NCBI RefSeq assembly: GCF_006345805.1
Contig: NC_043003.1
Span: 92,256,001-92,320,000 of the forward strand
DNA length: 64,000 nt
Reading direction: 5' to 3'
Source: Octopus sinensis
Taxonomy: Eukaryota
This document shows positions 47,691 through 61,589 of the stretch, one piece after another. The position numbers and the translations under genes were made by a program. Position 1 is the stretch's first letter, and the number at the start of each line of letters is the position of its first letter. The notes under the pieces were generated by a model. It was not told the DNA's origin. It saw only the letters and a list, made by a program, of their open reading frames with translations, and did no database searches.

Positions 47691-47789
47691 AAGGTTAATA
47701 ATATCCTTATATAAGATTTCATAGCATGTTTTTAAAAAATATATTTCTTTATTATCCACAAGGGGCTAAACAAGGACAGACAAACAATT

Positions 47790-47935
47790 AAGTCGATTAC
47801 ATCGACCCCAGTGCGTAACTAATACTTACTTTATCGACCCTGAAAGGCTGAAAGGCAAGGTCGACCTCGGCGGAATTTGAACCCAGAACGTAACGGCAGA
47901 CGAAATACGGCTACGCATTTCGCCCGGCGTGCTAA
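47790..47935 (-). mobile_element. SINE family A
   Basis: Reverse complement of the family A head and core. Confidence 0.8.
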
Positions 47936-47989
47936 ACATCACCGTTACACTTTAAAACTGTATTAAGTAATTCTCATAGATTTGAAAAT

Positions 47990-48910
47990 ATATATAAACA
48001 GATTTCAAAGAAAAAAAGACTACTAGTGTTACATAGGGGAAAAGTAAAAAGAAACAAAGAAAATGCACACTAGATATAAAATTAATGGCTTTTTTAAAAA
48101 TAAAAGCAAAGATATATACTGCTCACTGACTTGTATCTGTGTATATTGGGAGAAGCGGATTTGTTCTTTGTAAAGCGTTGTTCTTCGTCTGAGGGACATT
48201 CGTGTTTGGCCTATATAGTGGTTTTTGCAGTCTAAGCAGGTAATAACATAGATTAGGTTTTCAGAGGTACAAGTGAAATTTGACTTTATCTTAAATATTT
48301 CACCGCGTTTGAAGCAAAATTTTGTACCCTCTAAAAGGTTGGGGGAAAACCACTATGTAGGCCAAACACGAATGTCCCTCAGACGAAGAACTACGCTTCA
48401 CAAAGAACAAATCCGCTTCCCACAATATATATAGATACAGTTCAGTGAGCACTTAAATATGTTAGGAACCTAAAACCAAACTTCCTAATTTTCCATTTTT
48501 ATTAATGTTCCCAGAACACCTCAGTACAGCAAAGACTAAATAAAGAGGCAACTTTCATTAATAAATATCAGCTACAACTTACCAATAATCCCACTAATCC
48601 TGATACATCCCATATACCATTCATACTCTATTAATCATGTTAACCTAATTGCATCTCTTTCAGGACTGCTTATCTCGCTTGCAAGCAATCTTTTCACTCA
48701 GCTACTATTAGACCCAATGCCGTTTGAAAATCGGTGTTGATTCAAAGACAGTGAACAGCGATGACGAAACTGGCATGACTTACTATATTGACTCATGATA
48801 ATGATTTTTATACTTCTTAATTCCGCCTCAAATAATTTATTTGTATGTATATATCTTTCTTTTTATAAAAAAAGCCATTACCCTAATGTGCATTTTCCTT
48901 ATATATGTGG
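47990..48910. mobile_element. Two divergently oriented Penelope-like GIY-YIG endonuclease fragments
   Basis: Minus strand FKIKSNFTCTSENLIYVITCLDCKNHYIGQTRMSLRRR; plus strand NHYVGQTRMSLRRR...QRLNKEATFINKY. 105-bp inverted arms at 48121-48225 and 48346-48450. Confidence 0.85.
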
Positions 48911-49568
48911 TTAAATTCTTATCAACGACGCCTTAGTAACTGGTACAGCAAAAAGAAATAAGTAACGCAAGTCTTTAACGATGACAATAAAACAAAGCAA
49001 TACAAGACAATACAGTTTATGTGCGTCAATGGACAGAAAACGAAGTATATGGTAAGGTTTGAGCTTAAATTGGAAAGTAAGCTAACGAAAGGAACAGTGC
49101 AGAGACTAAGTAGAAGTGGGAAGGTGATAGATATTAATAAAGTGGACTGAACAGAGAGATACGTTACAGAATACAAAAAAAAAGAGGCGAGAGAGAGCGC
49201 GCAGGAGTGGGTGATACCACGGCAAAATTATAAGTATTACGATACATAAAACTAAATGGTGTATCACAATATTAAAAAGGGGAGGAATTAAGTACAAAGG
49301 TTGAAAGTACAAACAAATGGAAAAATTGTAAAGGTCACCCGTTATCAACTGCTCAACATGGGAGTTTTCGCAGTTTCGTTATCAGCAGAGGAAACAACAA
49401 ACATCAGATACGGTTGTTGGAAATTCCATACAATGTAGACGAGACACGGAAGTTATGAAAACACAAGTTAAGTTTTAGCGATTTGGACAGACAATATAAT
49501 ATGATATAGCATAATATAATACATTATATGATATGATATATGTATGTATGTATGTATATGTACATACA

Positions 49569-49640
<72 letters not shown>

Positions 49641-50642
49641 ATACATATATGTATGCACCTATATAAATGTATATATGAATATATATGTATAAACCTATGT
49701 ACATATACATAATATGTCGATGATGGTTTGTTTCGCCATGATAAAGTCTGTAGGTTGTTAATCGACTGTAGCGGCTTCGCTCTTTGAAAAGGGAAGGAAA
49801 ATTACAATAATAACGACCCCCCCCCCAAAAAAAACCCCAGAAATAAGTATGTCTGTGTGCGTGTGAATGTGTATGTGTGTGTGAATAAAATAAGTTGACA
49901 AAAGTTAAATAAACAAATAAGTGAATAAAATAAAACAAATCAAAGTTAAAAAGAAAATGGAAGGGAAAAGATAAAGTAGAATTGGTAAATGTGTGGATTT
50001 TAATGATCTAAACACTGGAAATTTCCTGATTGGATGGATTCACAGCTACACCGACGGATCTGAGAACGGTTTTCGAAGTTGTTGCTCTTCATTATTCCTG
50101 TTGTTGTTGTTTTGTTGTTATTGATGGTGATAATGATAATGATGATGATTGTGGTGGTGGTGATAGTGACAATGATGATGATGATGATAGCTTTACTTCA
50201 AAGTCGAAGAAGTTGTCTGCGGTATCTAGAGCAGTAACAACAACGGCTAACGAGCCGCTGGCAACAGTAAAAGAGGACAATGAGAGAAAAGGCGACACCA
50301 CCATTGCTGCCACCGCCACCGCCACCGCCACCGCCACCGCCACCACCACCGCCACCTCCGCCACTATCACCGCTGCCACCATTTCTATCACATCTGCCAC
50401 TACCATCTTCGCTATTGCTATCGTCACCATTACAAGCAGTACCACTTCACTCACGTCGATTTTATGTCATGGACATGGTTAACATCAAGTTCTTCATCAT
50501 GGTAATGATAATGAAGATTCGGCATTATGGCTTTCGCTGCCTTCATCATTATTCTCATAGCCGCTGCTGCTGACTTCGTTGTCGTCTGCAACAATAAGAA
50601 CAACAACGAGAACATTCCGTTCATGGATTGCATTTCGGAGTA

Positions 50643-50865
50643 TGAGGGAGTGCTGAAAAGTTCCTGGCTTTAAGGATCCTGCGGAAAGCCTGGTTGGAGG
50701 CCCACCCGTCCTAGTTCTTTTACAGGATTTAGAAAAAAAAACCTGAAAGATCACTGCAATAAGTGATGTGACGCTGAATGGTGAAGATGTTGAATAAAAT
50801 CATAATTAACTGATCCTCCTGTATTTTCTTTTACCCAAAACCAGGAACTTTTCAGTATCTCCTCG
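50643..50865 (+). mobile_element. Mariner-derived MITE
   Basis: Homologous to 43695-43910, with TIRs. Confidence 0.8.
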
Positions 50866-51752
50866 TTTTTTGTTTTTTTCGAAAGAAAATACTAGACGAC
50901 ATCGCCTCAGGTTTCTTATACAGAGCTCACATTTTGGTCTACAGATGCCTGATGTCCCTGTTTCCCTGTTTTTCTACATAACTACAATGGTATCTGATTA
51001 TCAAATATAACTAGTATCCGGTCACATTCACTGAGGCTCTTCCAGATCACTCGTCTCTCCTCATCCCGTCGCCCACATACAGTTTATTCCAGCAAAATTT
51101 CACCATTTTAATCAATTATGCTCAGTCCGCCTCTCTCAGAACAACCGAAACCTCGCAATCAATTTCCAGCCCATTTTTGTCCTGCAACCATTAACTTAGA
51201 ACTAGTCAAGAGATAAACTTGCTGCGTCTACTTCGTCTATTTCCTCTATTCTCCCTTGCCAAAAATGAAATGCCTAATTCGAGCACACCAACTCTCTCTT
51301 TCTCACTCTCTCCCCCTCTGTCACTTTATATAGACATACATATAAGCATACATACACACTGACGCACACACACAAGCACACATATATCCATGTAGAGAAT
51401 TGATGTATAAGCGTCAAAGAATAAATCCACGTTAAGGGCTTAATTCACACCTGATCATTAAGCACTGTTAGGTTATTATATTGCAGTGAATCCAAGTGGA
51501 ACTGATTTACATGTAAACATAATCGGCTAAAACGATCTTTACGAGCAACGCATATAGTTTATAATGTAACTGGACGCAACAACTGTTTTCATTAAGTTAA
51601 ACACCACCAAATGTATAGTCACATAATTGCGATACATAATTAAATTATATAAAACTATTTTAAAAACTTTTTTTTACCAAAATTATGAAGAATGTGAGTT
51701 TTTCTGTTCCTCATGGCTGGGAAAACAGATTTTAAATTAAATGTTTACTTTA

Positions 51753-51967
51753 AGGCGGCGAGCTCACAGAATCTTTAGCATGCCGGGCAAAATGCTTAGC
51801 GGTATTTCGTCCGTTTTTACGTTCTGAGTTCAAATTCTGCCGAGGTCGACTTTGCCTTTATGCCTTCGAAGTCGATAAAATAAGTACCAGTTGAGTACTG
51901 TAACTTATGTACTCAACTTATCTCCACCCCACAAAATTTCTGGCCTTGTGCCAAAATTTGAAATCAA
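51753..51967 (+). mobile_element. SINE family A, near full length
   Basis: ggcggcgagct head, gttcaaa B-box, core and tail. Confidence 0.85.
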
Positions 51968-52128
51968 ATTAATGTTTACTTAATTTAGTTTATGGTTATA
52001 TATCACTATTATATAATTATACGTTTGATGGTGTTTTTCTTAATGAAACAACTGTTGAGCTTAAAAGTGAACGATATACGAAATTTCTGTTTTTCTAATT
52101 TCTCTCTCTCTCTCTCCCGGTCCCTCAG

Positions 52129-52163
<35 letters not shown>

Positions 52164-53260
52164 TGTATGTATGTATGTATGTATGTATGTATGTATGTAT
52201 TTCTGTATGTATGTATGTATGTATGTATGTATGTATGTATGTATGTATGTATGTATGTATGCATGTATGTGTGTATGTAAGTATATATTCATGCATATAT
52301 TCATTGAATCATACATACATGGTGGCTGTCAACTCGTCGACAGGTATGACCATTACTGACAAATTATCTTATCCTAGAATTTAAAGACAATGGCTGTAAG
52401 CAATGCTTGTGCTGAAATTTGAAAGTCACCGCTATGATTCTCACCTACAAAACCAAGCGGTCCAGAAACAAGAAGGCAAGATCTTCAGCTTCGCAATAAG
52501 GCAGGTATTATTTCGGAATTTTCTTTAAGAAAAATATCTAAACTAGGACAAGGGGTCTCTCACTCCCATGTGTTGGATAGCCGTTGACTCTATTGACTAC
52601 ATTCATCCATTGTCGAGTTTTGCTTTTCACTGTAGATCGTCAAACGAAAACCACCTTTCTTACCAAGCAGGCTTGGTAGGGTTTATTCACTTACGATTCG
52701 ACCATGCAGCAGATTGTATTGAGTAACATGTTATCCTTAGCACTAAGAGTGACTTGGCATAACATAACTTTGCAGTTCCGTATAGGAGACGATAAATAAA
52801 AATAAATATATTTCTCGAATTATTCGACTAAACCCTTCAAGGTATACCCCATCATGGCCATACTCAAATGAGTGAAGCAAATAAAATAATAGAATTCAGC
52901 CTCAGATCAGTCTGACAAATATCGCAGCCCACTCCTGGTTTTGGTGGCGGAAGCTGTGTGACATTAATGGTACGTAACACCATAATTCATGTTAAACGCA
53001 TCATGCAAAGTATATTCACCACAAGGTGGCAAATATTGTCATACGTCATTGAAAGGTAGTCGGCAATGTGGCGGTATCATTAGAGTGGCAGATAAAATGG
53101 GTTGCATTGTTTAGTCAGGTCTCTTTTTGTAAGGCTTGAGTTAACGTACTCTTTCTCTTTCTTTCACACACACACACATATATGTATATATATGTATATA
53201 CATATATATGTGTATATCTGTGTATATGAATGTACATATATGTGTGTATACGTATATATA

Positions 53261-53296
<36 letters not shown>

Positions 53297-53304
<8 letters not shown>

Positions 53305-53416
53305 ATCACGTGACCGACCAGACCATCAGATGTTGTTACATATCGCTGATCACAATGCGTTCGCATTGTTTTAGCCTTCGAATGACGCCACCCCGCTGGC
53401 TAAGCGAGCAGGCCAA
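53297..53416 (-). mobile_element. 3' tail of SINE family C subtype 2
   Basis: Near-identical to 15013-15135. Confidence 0.85.
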
Positions 53417-53639
53417 TATATATATACATACATACATACATACATACATACATACATACATACACACACATACATATATACATACATACATACATACATA
53501 CATACATACATACATACATACATACATACATACATACATACATACATACATACATACATGAAGTCTAGATCTTCGTGAAGAATGTGTGATCCAGTGTACC
53601 CTAAGCAATAATAATACCTTATACAAAATTCATAAACAC

Positions 53640-53960
53640 TGATCTAGAATTCTCAGTGTCTTGTTGCTCTGACGGCAGCGATCATAGAGAGAAGGAATCT
53701 CAGTACGGGACTCGTAATTTACAGTAGGAGTAGACATCATTAGTTTTACCAATGCCATTTGATAGGGTCTCGTCTCATTGAAATGGTGAAGAAATTTTGA
53801 GTGCTGGCGAGATAGATTTTAAGCTTCCTCGCATTGAAAAATAAATGAGTATATGTTTACAAAGCCGGTGCTCTTGGATTTTCAGTCTGCTTTGAACATG
53901 TCCGGGTGAGTAGGAGCTCTATTCAATGTGTTAAGAAGGAAGGACAGACTCTCGTTATTT
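53640..53960 (-). mobile_element. Possible LINE AP-endonuclease N-terminal relic
   Basis: FNARKLK.YLAS...ETRPYQMAL weakly resembles N.RGLR.N....L....PDILAL.ET; heavily decayed. Confidence 0.3.
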
Positions 53961-54704
53961 GGCATGACTTTTAGCCCATGAGTCAGTTATCCATGTATTG
54001 ATACTTGAAATATTGACTTCTTTCTGCATTTCAAGATGTGTGAGGGAACTTTTAAGGCAATATTTTGGATAAGCACTCATGCAGTTTACCACCAAAGAAT
54101 TCACAACCAGCTGACACCCACTAGAGGTGGGTACCTATTTCTCTACTTCTTTTTGTAATGCTTATAGATTTGGCACTTAAAAATGTAAAAAGCTATTCGG
54201 AAAGAATGATGATCAGAACACATCGTACAGCCAGCGAAGACCGCTTAACTGAATGCCATTCCCATCAGAGTAGAGATAAGGAGAGGCGTGAAACGAACAA
54301 ACAAACAAACAAACAAAATAAACGCCCTTATCACGGTTGGATGAACTATTCAAATATCGACTGCATGCATCAGCCCCACAACATTCAAATTATAAATTAT
54401 AACCAATGCACTGTCAGATTAAGAAATTTATCGTGGAATTAGGGAAGAGTTGATCTCATCGATTAAAGAACAGCTAATTAATAACTGTAGCTGTGTCTAT
54501 GTAGCATCACTAAATGATGCCTAAAGAGATAGCGAGTCGATGCCGGTCTTGAGAAGAGACGAGCAGAGTAAGCTAGTAAATAAAAACACTAGAGGAATGG
54601 TAAATCAGGTAAGTATTTTCCCAAGGAAAATCACAAATCTGCTGACAATGGCTTGGAGATCTATGATCAGCGATGCCTGTGGGTGTGGTACATCGAATAA
54701 TACT

Positions 54705-54737
<33 letters not shown>

Positions 54738-54767
54738 ACATACACACATACACACACATACAGACAG

Positions 54768-54799
<32 letters not shown>

Positions 54800-54801
<2 letters not shown>

Positions 54802-55880
54802 CACGATGGGTAAATTGTCGTCATTTTATATTTTTAATTTTGCTGTGCTGCTTGGCATTCGCACCGGAAGCTTCAGAGTGCTTAGCTGTCAATCTGAGGA
54901 CAACGCAGAGGATTCCGAAAGTGTTGAATAAGTCTAATGGTGATTATGAAGATATATCAGCTCGGATTGTTTTGATAAAAAAAGAACTCCCGAATTTGTT
55001 GGTGAGATCCAGGCCATGATTAACAATGATTACTCAATCAGGTCCATTGCCAGGGACATGGGAGTGTCTGAGTTTCTTATCAGGCAGGTAGTGCATGAAG
55101 ATATTCGGTATTCTTCATACAAGATGAGAAAGGGCCAATTTTTATCCCAAGCCATCAAGAACAAAAAGAAAGACTGCGCTGTGAAGCTTTTGAATAAACC
55201 CAAGCATCCCCTCCAGCCGAACATGCTCTGGTTTTTCTCAGATAAGAAAATTTCTACCAGGACCAGATGGTGAACACACAGAACAACCTTTGGCTTGCCG
55301 TGTCCTCAGAACATGTACCGAGTGATAAAAATCAAACATCCGGTCAACATGTTGGTCTTTGGAGTGATCAGTAGTGATGGTGACGTTATGACTCCATTCA
55401 TCTTCCCACACGGCCACAGGGAAGCCTACATTAAGTGCCTGGAAGATGTATGCTGTCCTGGGTCAAGAGAGTTGTTGCTGGAGGACCCTATGTCTGGCAA
55501 CAGGACCCTGAACCATGCCACATAAGCAGGAGAACCCAGTCATGGCTGTCAGATAATTTCTGCGACTACATCACGCCTAACATCTGGCCACCTAACTCTC
55601 CAGACTGCAAACTCTTGATTAATATGTGTTGGGCGTAGTTGAGCGAGAGACAAACAAAACTGCATGTAACACTAACGATAAACTGAAGGCAAGGATTATG
55701 GCAGCGTTTACCAACTTAAACAAGGAAACCGCCCAGAATAGTTGCAGGAGATTCCGGAGTGGTGGTTGAACCAATGGCGATTTATTGAATAAATTTACTC
55801 TTTAATATTTCAAGATATATATCTGTTAAATGAGGTGTCAATTTTATTTTCATTTTTACGTAATTTATTCACAGCACCCA
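54800..55880 (+). mobile_element. maT (DD37D) transposon relic
   Basis: WFFSDKK, WQQD and WPPNSPDC..LD with 37 residues between the last two D after correcting a 1-bp deletion. Right TIR-like end acagcaccc-ata. Confidence 0.85.
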
Positions 55881-55969
55881 TATATATATATATATATTAT
55901 ATATATATATATTATATATATATATATGTTCACTGACAAAGCTTCGTGTTGCACGTGTATATATATATA

Positions 55970-56428
55970 CACGAGGGGAAGTCGAAAATTATCCGTACTT
56001 TCGCAATAACATATCTTTATTATTGTAACACTACCTTCTGCGCAAGCATTTTCATAGTTGGTACTATTGTGGTCACCTGATCGATTGGTGGAGGTTGACG
56101 GGCGTCCTGGTCATTCTTCGTGCGTCACGCTTGTTCGGCCACTTTTAAACTTCTCAATCCACTCATACACACTTCTACGCGGTAGGACACTGTTCCCGTA
56201 TTGTGCTAAAAGCCTCCGATGAATTTCAGCATCTGACACACCTTCCAACCAGAGAAATCGGATCACTGCTCTTTGCTCTTCCTTGGTGCACATTGCTAGC
56301 GGAGCAACCATGCTTACACTGTAAAGCCAGGAAAAAATGGTGCGATCAGGCTCAAACTCCGATCACGTGGCCACAAATAAAGATATGTTATGGCAAAAGC
56401 GCGGATAAGTTTTGAGTTCAACCCGTTT
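55970..56428 (-). mobile_element. Internally deleted mariner element
   Basis: Imperfect TIRs; ORF 56111-56311 (EQRAVIRFLWLEG...VYEWIEKFKSGRTS) is a mariner HTH. Confidence 0.85.
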
Positions 56429-56451
56429 ATACACATACATACAAACATACT

Positions 56452-56799
56452 AAAGCCCTGAATGAGGCTGGATACAATAATAATATTAAATTCTTTAATT
56501 TCTACCAGGACCAGAACATAATTATAATTTAAAAGATAATTATTTTAATGATTTTTATAATGATAAACCTAATTATTTGTGTTATGATAAATCTTATTTA
56601 GGAACTTATCGCCTTAATAATAATAGGAATTTTGATGATGGAAATCTTAAATTTAATATTAGAATAAAAAAAAAGTATGGTAATAATAATAAAAATAAAA
56701 GTATAAATAAAAATAAGATTAAATTTAATTCAGTTAAAGAAGATAATAAATTTAATAATTATAGTAATAATAATGATAGTTATAATAATAATTATAATG

Positions 56800-56864
<65 letters not shown>

Positions 56865-57602
56865 TATAATCATAATGTAAAAGATATAAATAAAAATAAA
56901 ATTTGGCTAATTATTCCTTTTGGGACTCAGGTTTAAACATAAAAGAGATTTTACATATAATTGAAATATTTATTAGAGATAATAAAAAATATTATAATAT
57001 TTTTCTAGAGATAATTTGGGAGTAGGTTATTCTACAACTAATAATGTTGGTAATATAATTTCTTCATGTAATATTTTTAAATTAAAGAAATTTTATAAAG
57101 ATAGATTAGATATAAATTCTAATTATAATAATAAAGACCAAGAGTTTGATTTCTTGTACATGTAGGGATAAGTCTACATGTAAATTGAAAAATTATTGTA
57201 ATTTAGATAATGTAGTCTATAGATGTAGGGTAACTATAATAGATGATAAGAATTTGAATCATCATAATTTAAATACTATTTATATAGGGTCTACTTCGAA
57301 TAAAATTTAAAATAGAATTTCCCAACATATGTATTCTTTTAGGAATAAAAATCTTATAAACTCAACAGGTTTCAATAAATATATTTGGAACCTTAAATTT
57401 AGATCTATTAAATATAAATTAAATTGGGATATTATTTGTAGGGCTAAATAATCTACTATAGGGAGTAATAGTCGTTCTCTTTGTAATAACGAAATTAGGG
57501 TAGATATTATTTCATAACAATTGTGCGTTGATAAACTCTTTGAACGAACGTAAAATTAAATGTAAACATAAATTAAAGTACCTTTATAATAGATTTAAAT
57601 GA
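56452..57602 (+). pseudogene. 5'-truncated Penelope-like element: RT thumb end plus GIY-YIG endonuclease
   Basis: ALNEAGY; KIWLIIPF; SRDNLGVGYSTTNNVGNIISS; CTCRDKSTC; VVY (57211) and YIG (57281); NSTGFNKYIWNLK; LCNNE. Stops and frameshifts. Confidence 0.88.
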
Positions 57603-58349
57603 TAAATAAATAATTATATTATTTTAAAATAAATATTATAGTAATATAAATTATTTTCAACATAATATATATGTATTTTAGTTGATTACTTATTATTTAG
57701 ACTTTAAATTTATAGTAAATAGTCTTTTAAATTAAATGATATTTTAATTTTATGTACTTATATATTACATTTAACTTTTTTTTAGTATTATTAAACCTTA
57801 TTTTGTCTTATGTGGCTTATTTATTTTATTGTAGATATTATTTAATAGTATTAGATTATTTTTTACTGTTTTATTATAAATTATAGTAATATTTTAAATA
57901 TAATGACGAATAATATTTGTTGATGGTGAGTTTGAGATGAGTTTTGGACTTCATGTGTTGGAGACTATGGGAAGGGTTAAATTGTGGGGGATAGTCGGCT
58001 GTGAATTAATTTGATGTTAGTTGGCAGTTTGTTGTAGATTGGATTTTGGTAGTGATGGTAATAATTAATAATGATATTAATAATGTTAATAATTATGTTG
58101 ATAATCATAATATTAATGATAATAAAATTTATAATCGCGTACGGCTTGTTGTAGGGTCCGGGTAGTGTTGTTGAACAAGTAATACTTAATATACTATTTT
58201 TACTATTTCTATTAATTTTATTTGATTCATGAAGTTTAGATAATTCCCGTATTTCATTAAAAAATTCATTTTAGCTTTTTCATTTATGATTTTATTCTGT
58301 TTTTCCACGCAACGTCTCCACGAGTTTTATTTCTTATAGACGCTAAGAA

Positions 58350-59193
58350 CTATTCTTTACGTTTGTAATCTAGCGATATCTTCTCAACTAACTTAGCAAC
58401 GTTCTTTTCTCCTTTTCGTTTGGATTTTGTATTAATTTGGGATTAATGTTTAGCTGTGGTTAATTTTGTTATTGATATATTAACAGGTGTCTGTTAGTTT
58501 TAGTTGGGTGTCTTTATATTAGTTTCTCCATAAGTTGTGTTTTTTTCTCACATTTCTTTAGCTCATGAGGCTTTAATGTTTTTTTTGTATTTTTCATTGA
58601 TAAAAATATTTGCCATTTCATTGAGTATTTATTCTATTTCTTTGCTCTAAGTCTCCACGCGATAAATTTTATAAACATTTTAACTGTATACTTTAAAAAT
58701 CAGTTACTCTTTCACTTCGTAAAGCTAAGTTTGACATTTTATCGTTTCTCTATTTCGTTATGTTTTTGAAATATTATTTTTCTTGTTATTATTATTGTTT
58801 GTTGTAATATTATTATTTAGTTATAGTTTATCATTGTTATTGTTATTGACTGGCTTTGTATAGGACTATTGATTGTGGTTGTACATCTTCTTAGTGTATT
58901 GTTCTGTGGTTCTAATATTTTTGCACCTTTCTTTAATTTTGGGGTTGATAGGTTTTCTTACTATTATTTACGTTTATAATCTAGCGATATCTTCTCAACT
59001 AACTTAGCAACGTTCTTTTCTCCTTCTGTTCGGATTTTGTATTATTTTGGGATTAATGTTTAGCTGTGGTTAATTTTGTTATTGATATATTAATAGGTGT
59101 TTGTTAGTTTTTAGTTGGGTGTCTTCGTATTGTTCTTTGATTCTAATATTTTTGCACCTTTCTTTAATTTTGGGGCTGATAGATTTTCTTACT
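58350..59193 (+). repeat. Direct repeats A...B-A-B downstream of the Penelope ORF
   Basis: A = 58350-58514 and 58961-59125 (165 bp); B = 58896-58962 and 59127-59193. Confidence 0.9.
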
Positions 59194-59255
59194 TTCCATT
59201 AAAATATTATTCTCACTATTATATATTTATGTATATTGATACATATTAATTCCCT

Positions 59256-59383
<128 letters not shown>

Positions 59384-59394
59384 TATGTATATAT

Positions 59395-59459
<65 letters not shown>

Positions 59460-59982
59460 ATATAGATATATATATATATATTTATATATAAGGGATCTAA
59501 CGACTTAAATTTAATTTAATTAAGAATTTATTTAGTCAGACAATATATTATTTAATCATTAGGTGGCTTATTTATTTGTAATATTAAATTTTAAGTTAAT
59601 TTGGTATTATATTATTTGATATTTAGTCAGTTTTTTTAAATATATTCTTATATTAAATCTATAGATACTACACATGTATTTTTATTATATGGTTAGCTTA
59701 TTTAAGGAGTTTGTCTATATTTGAACCATTTCTTATTTTGATTACAATTTAATGACTTGTACTAGCTTTGTGTATTTTATTTAATTTTAAAGTATTTAAT
59801 AATTTAAGTATTGTTTTAGTTTTCACTATGTATATTTAGTATTTTCATATATATCTTATATATATAATATATATATATATATAATATATATATTATATAT
59901 ATATATATATCTAATATATATATATAATATATATATTAAAGCATATTTATTAATTAATTATTTTATTGTTCTAGTTTATTTT

Positions 59983-60071
59983 TAACCTGATGAGTGACTA
60001 TATTTATATCGAAGTGATATCTCTATCACTATGATCATTTCTTAAATATAGCCAAGAAACACGTGTCGTTA
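59983..60071 (+). ncRNA. Type I hammerhead ribozyme with long stem II, likely in a Penelope pLTR
   Basis: UAAC-CUGAUGA-[stem II]-GAA-ACACGUGU-C-GUUA: canonical core, palindromic stem III, GUC site after 60067. Confidence 0.75.
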
Positions 60072-60619
60072 TTCTACAATTTATATGCGTTATTATTATT
60101 ATTGTTGTTATTATTAATATTATTATTATTATTATTATTATTATTGCAATTTATTTAATCATTAGACATTTTATTGTTATTTTAATGTTAATATTTCTAT
60201 TATATGTAATTTTCTAGATGGTATAATTTAATTGTTCATTTTGAATTTATAAAAGGTGTTTTTTTCTAAAATTTTTAGATATATATTATATTGTGTGAAA
60301 TTTGATTTAGTATTTCTAAATTGAATTTTTTTTCTTGTAAGTTTTGGATTTATTCCCTCAAATATTAATAATTATATATATATATATATACACTTCTTCC
60401 CAGGAATCTAATGCTCTTAGCTTAGTTTTTCCTTGGGGCTGGCCAGATTTAGCAATCTCGAGTATAATTAGCCGAAATTGCGAAGGAAATCTGGTACTCG
60501 ACTGAGGAAAGAAAATTTCGAATGAATCGTCCTTGTTTTCTTTGTATCGTCTATCTGGATGTTTTGCTGTCCCATTTTTCTCCGGATGTTTTGGTTCTTG
60601 TCCCATTTTCTATTTTTAT

Positions 60620-60621
60620 AC

Positions 60622-60658
<37 letters not shown>

Positions 60659-61223
60659 ATATACATAAATATCTATACATATATATATACATACATATAT
60701 ACACATACATACATATATATATATATACATACATACATATATATATATATATACATACATACATATATATATTATATATATATTTATATACATATATATA
60801 TATACATATATACACATGCATATGTATATATACATATATATATACATATCTATACATATATATACACGTGTATATACATATCTATACATATATATGCATA
60901 TCTATACATATATATATATATATCTATACAATTATATAATATCTATACATATAATATATACATATCTATACATACATACAATATATCATACATATATATA
61001 TATATACAGCTATACATACATATATATACATATATATACATATCTATACATACATACTATATATCTATACATATATATATATACATATCTATACATACAT
61101 ACATATATATCTATACATATATATATATACATATCTATACATACATACATATATATCTATACATATATATATATACATATCTATACATACATACATATAT
61201 ATATATACATATCTATACATACA

Positions 61224-61290
<67 letters not shown>
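60620..61290. repeat. Long (TA)n/(TACA)n compound microsatellite
   Basis: Directly visible; source of the YI-rich ORFs. Confidence 0.95.
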
Positions 61291-61488
61291 AAAATATGTT
61301 ATAAAAAGAAAATATAAAATATACGTGGAAATGTAAAGGGAAAATAAGAAAAATCAAAGAAAATGCACATTGTAAATAAAAAAAAGAAATGGCTTTTTAT
61401 GAAAGGTAACGACAGATATATACATTTAGATGGACTGAGGTAGTAATAAAAGTCATAAAAGTCATTATTATGAGATGATTAAAAAGTC

Positions 61489-61549
<61 letters not shown>

Positions 61550-61589
61550 AGGGTGTCCACATAGAGGTAATCCCTCTCATATGTATGTA

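Noticed and set aside
50030-50573. 150-aa and overlapping ORFs
   Set aside because: Built on (GAT)n, (GGT)n and (GCCACC)n repeats.
52620-52685. Possible 40-nt exon (polypyrimidine-TAG ... G/GTAGGG)
   Set aside because: Splice-like signals alone are common; no partner exons or homology can be shown.
56452-58100. Possible mitochondrial insertion (NUMT) suggested by extreme AT content
   Set aside because: Translation gives Penelope GIY-YIG motifs, not mitochondrial proteins or rRNA.
60495-60535. CUGAGGA...GAAU...GUC hammerhead-like trace
   Set aside because: Stem I and stem III do not pair convincingly.
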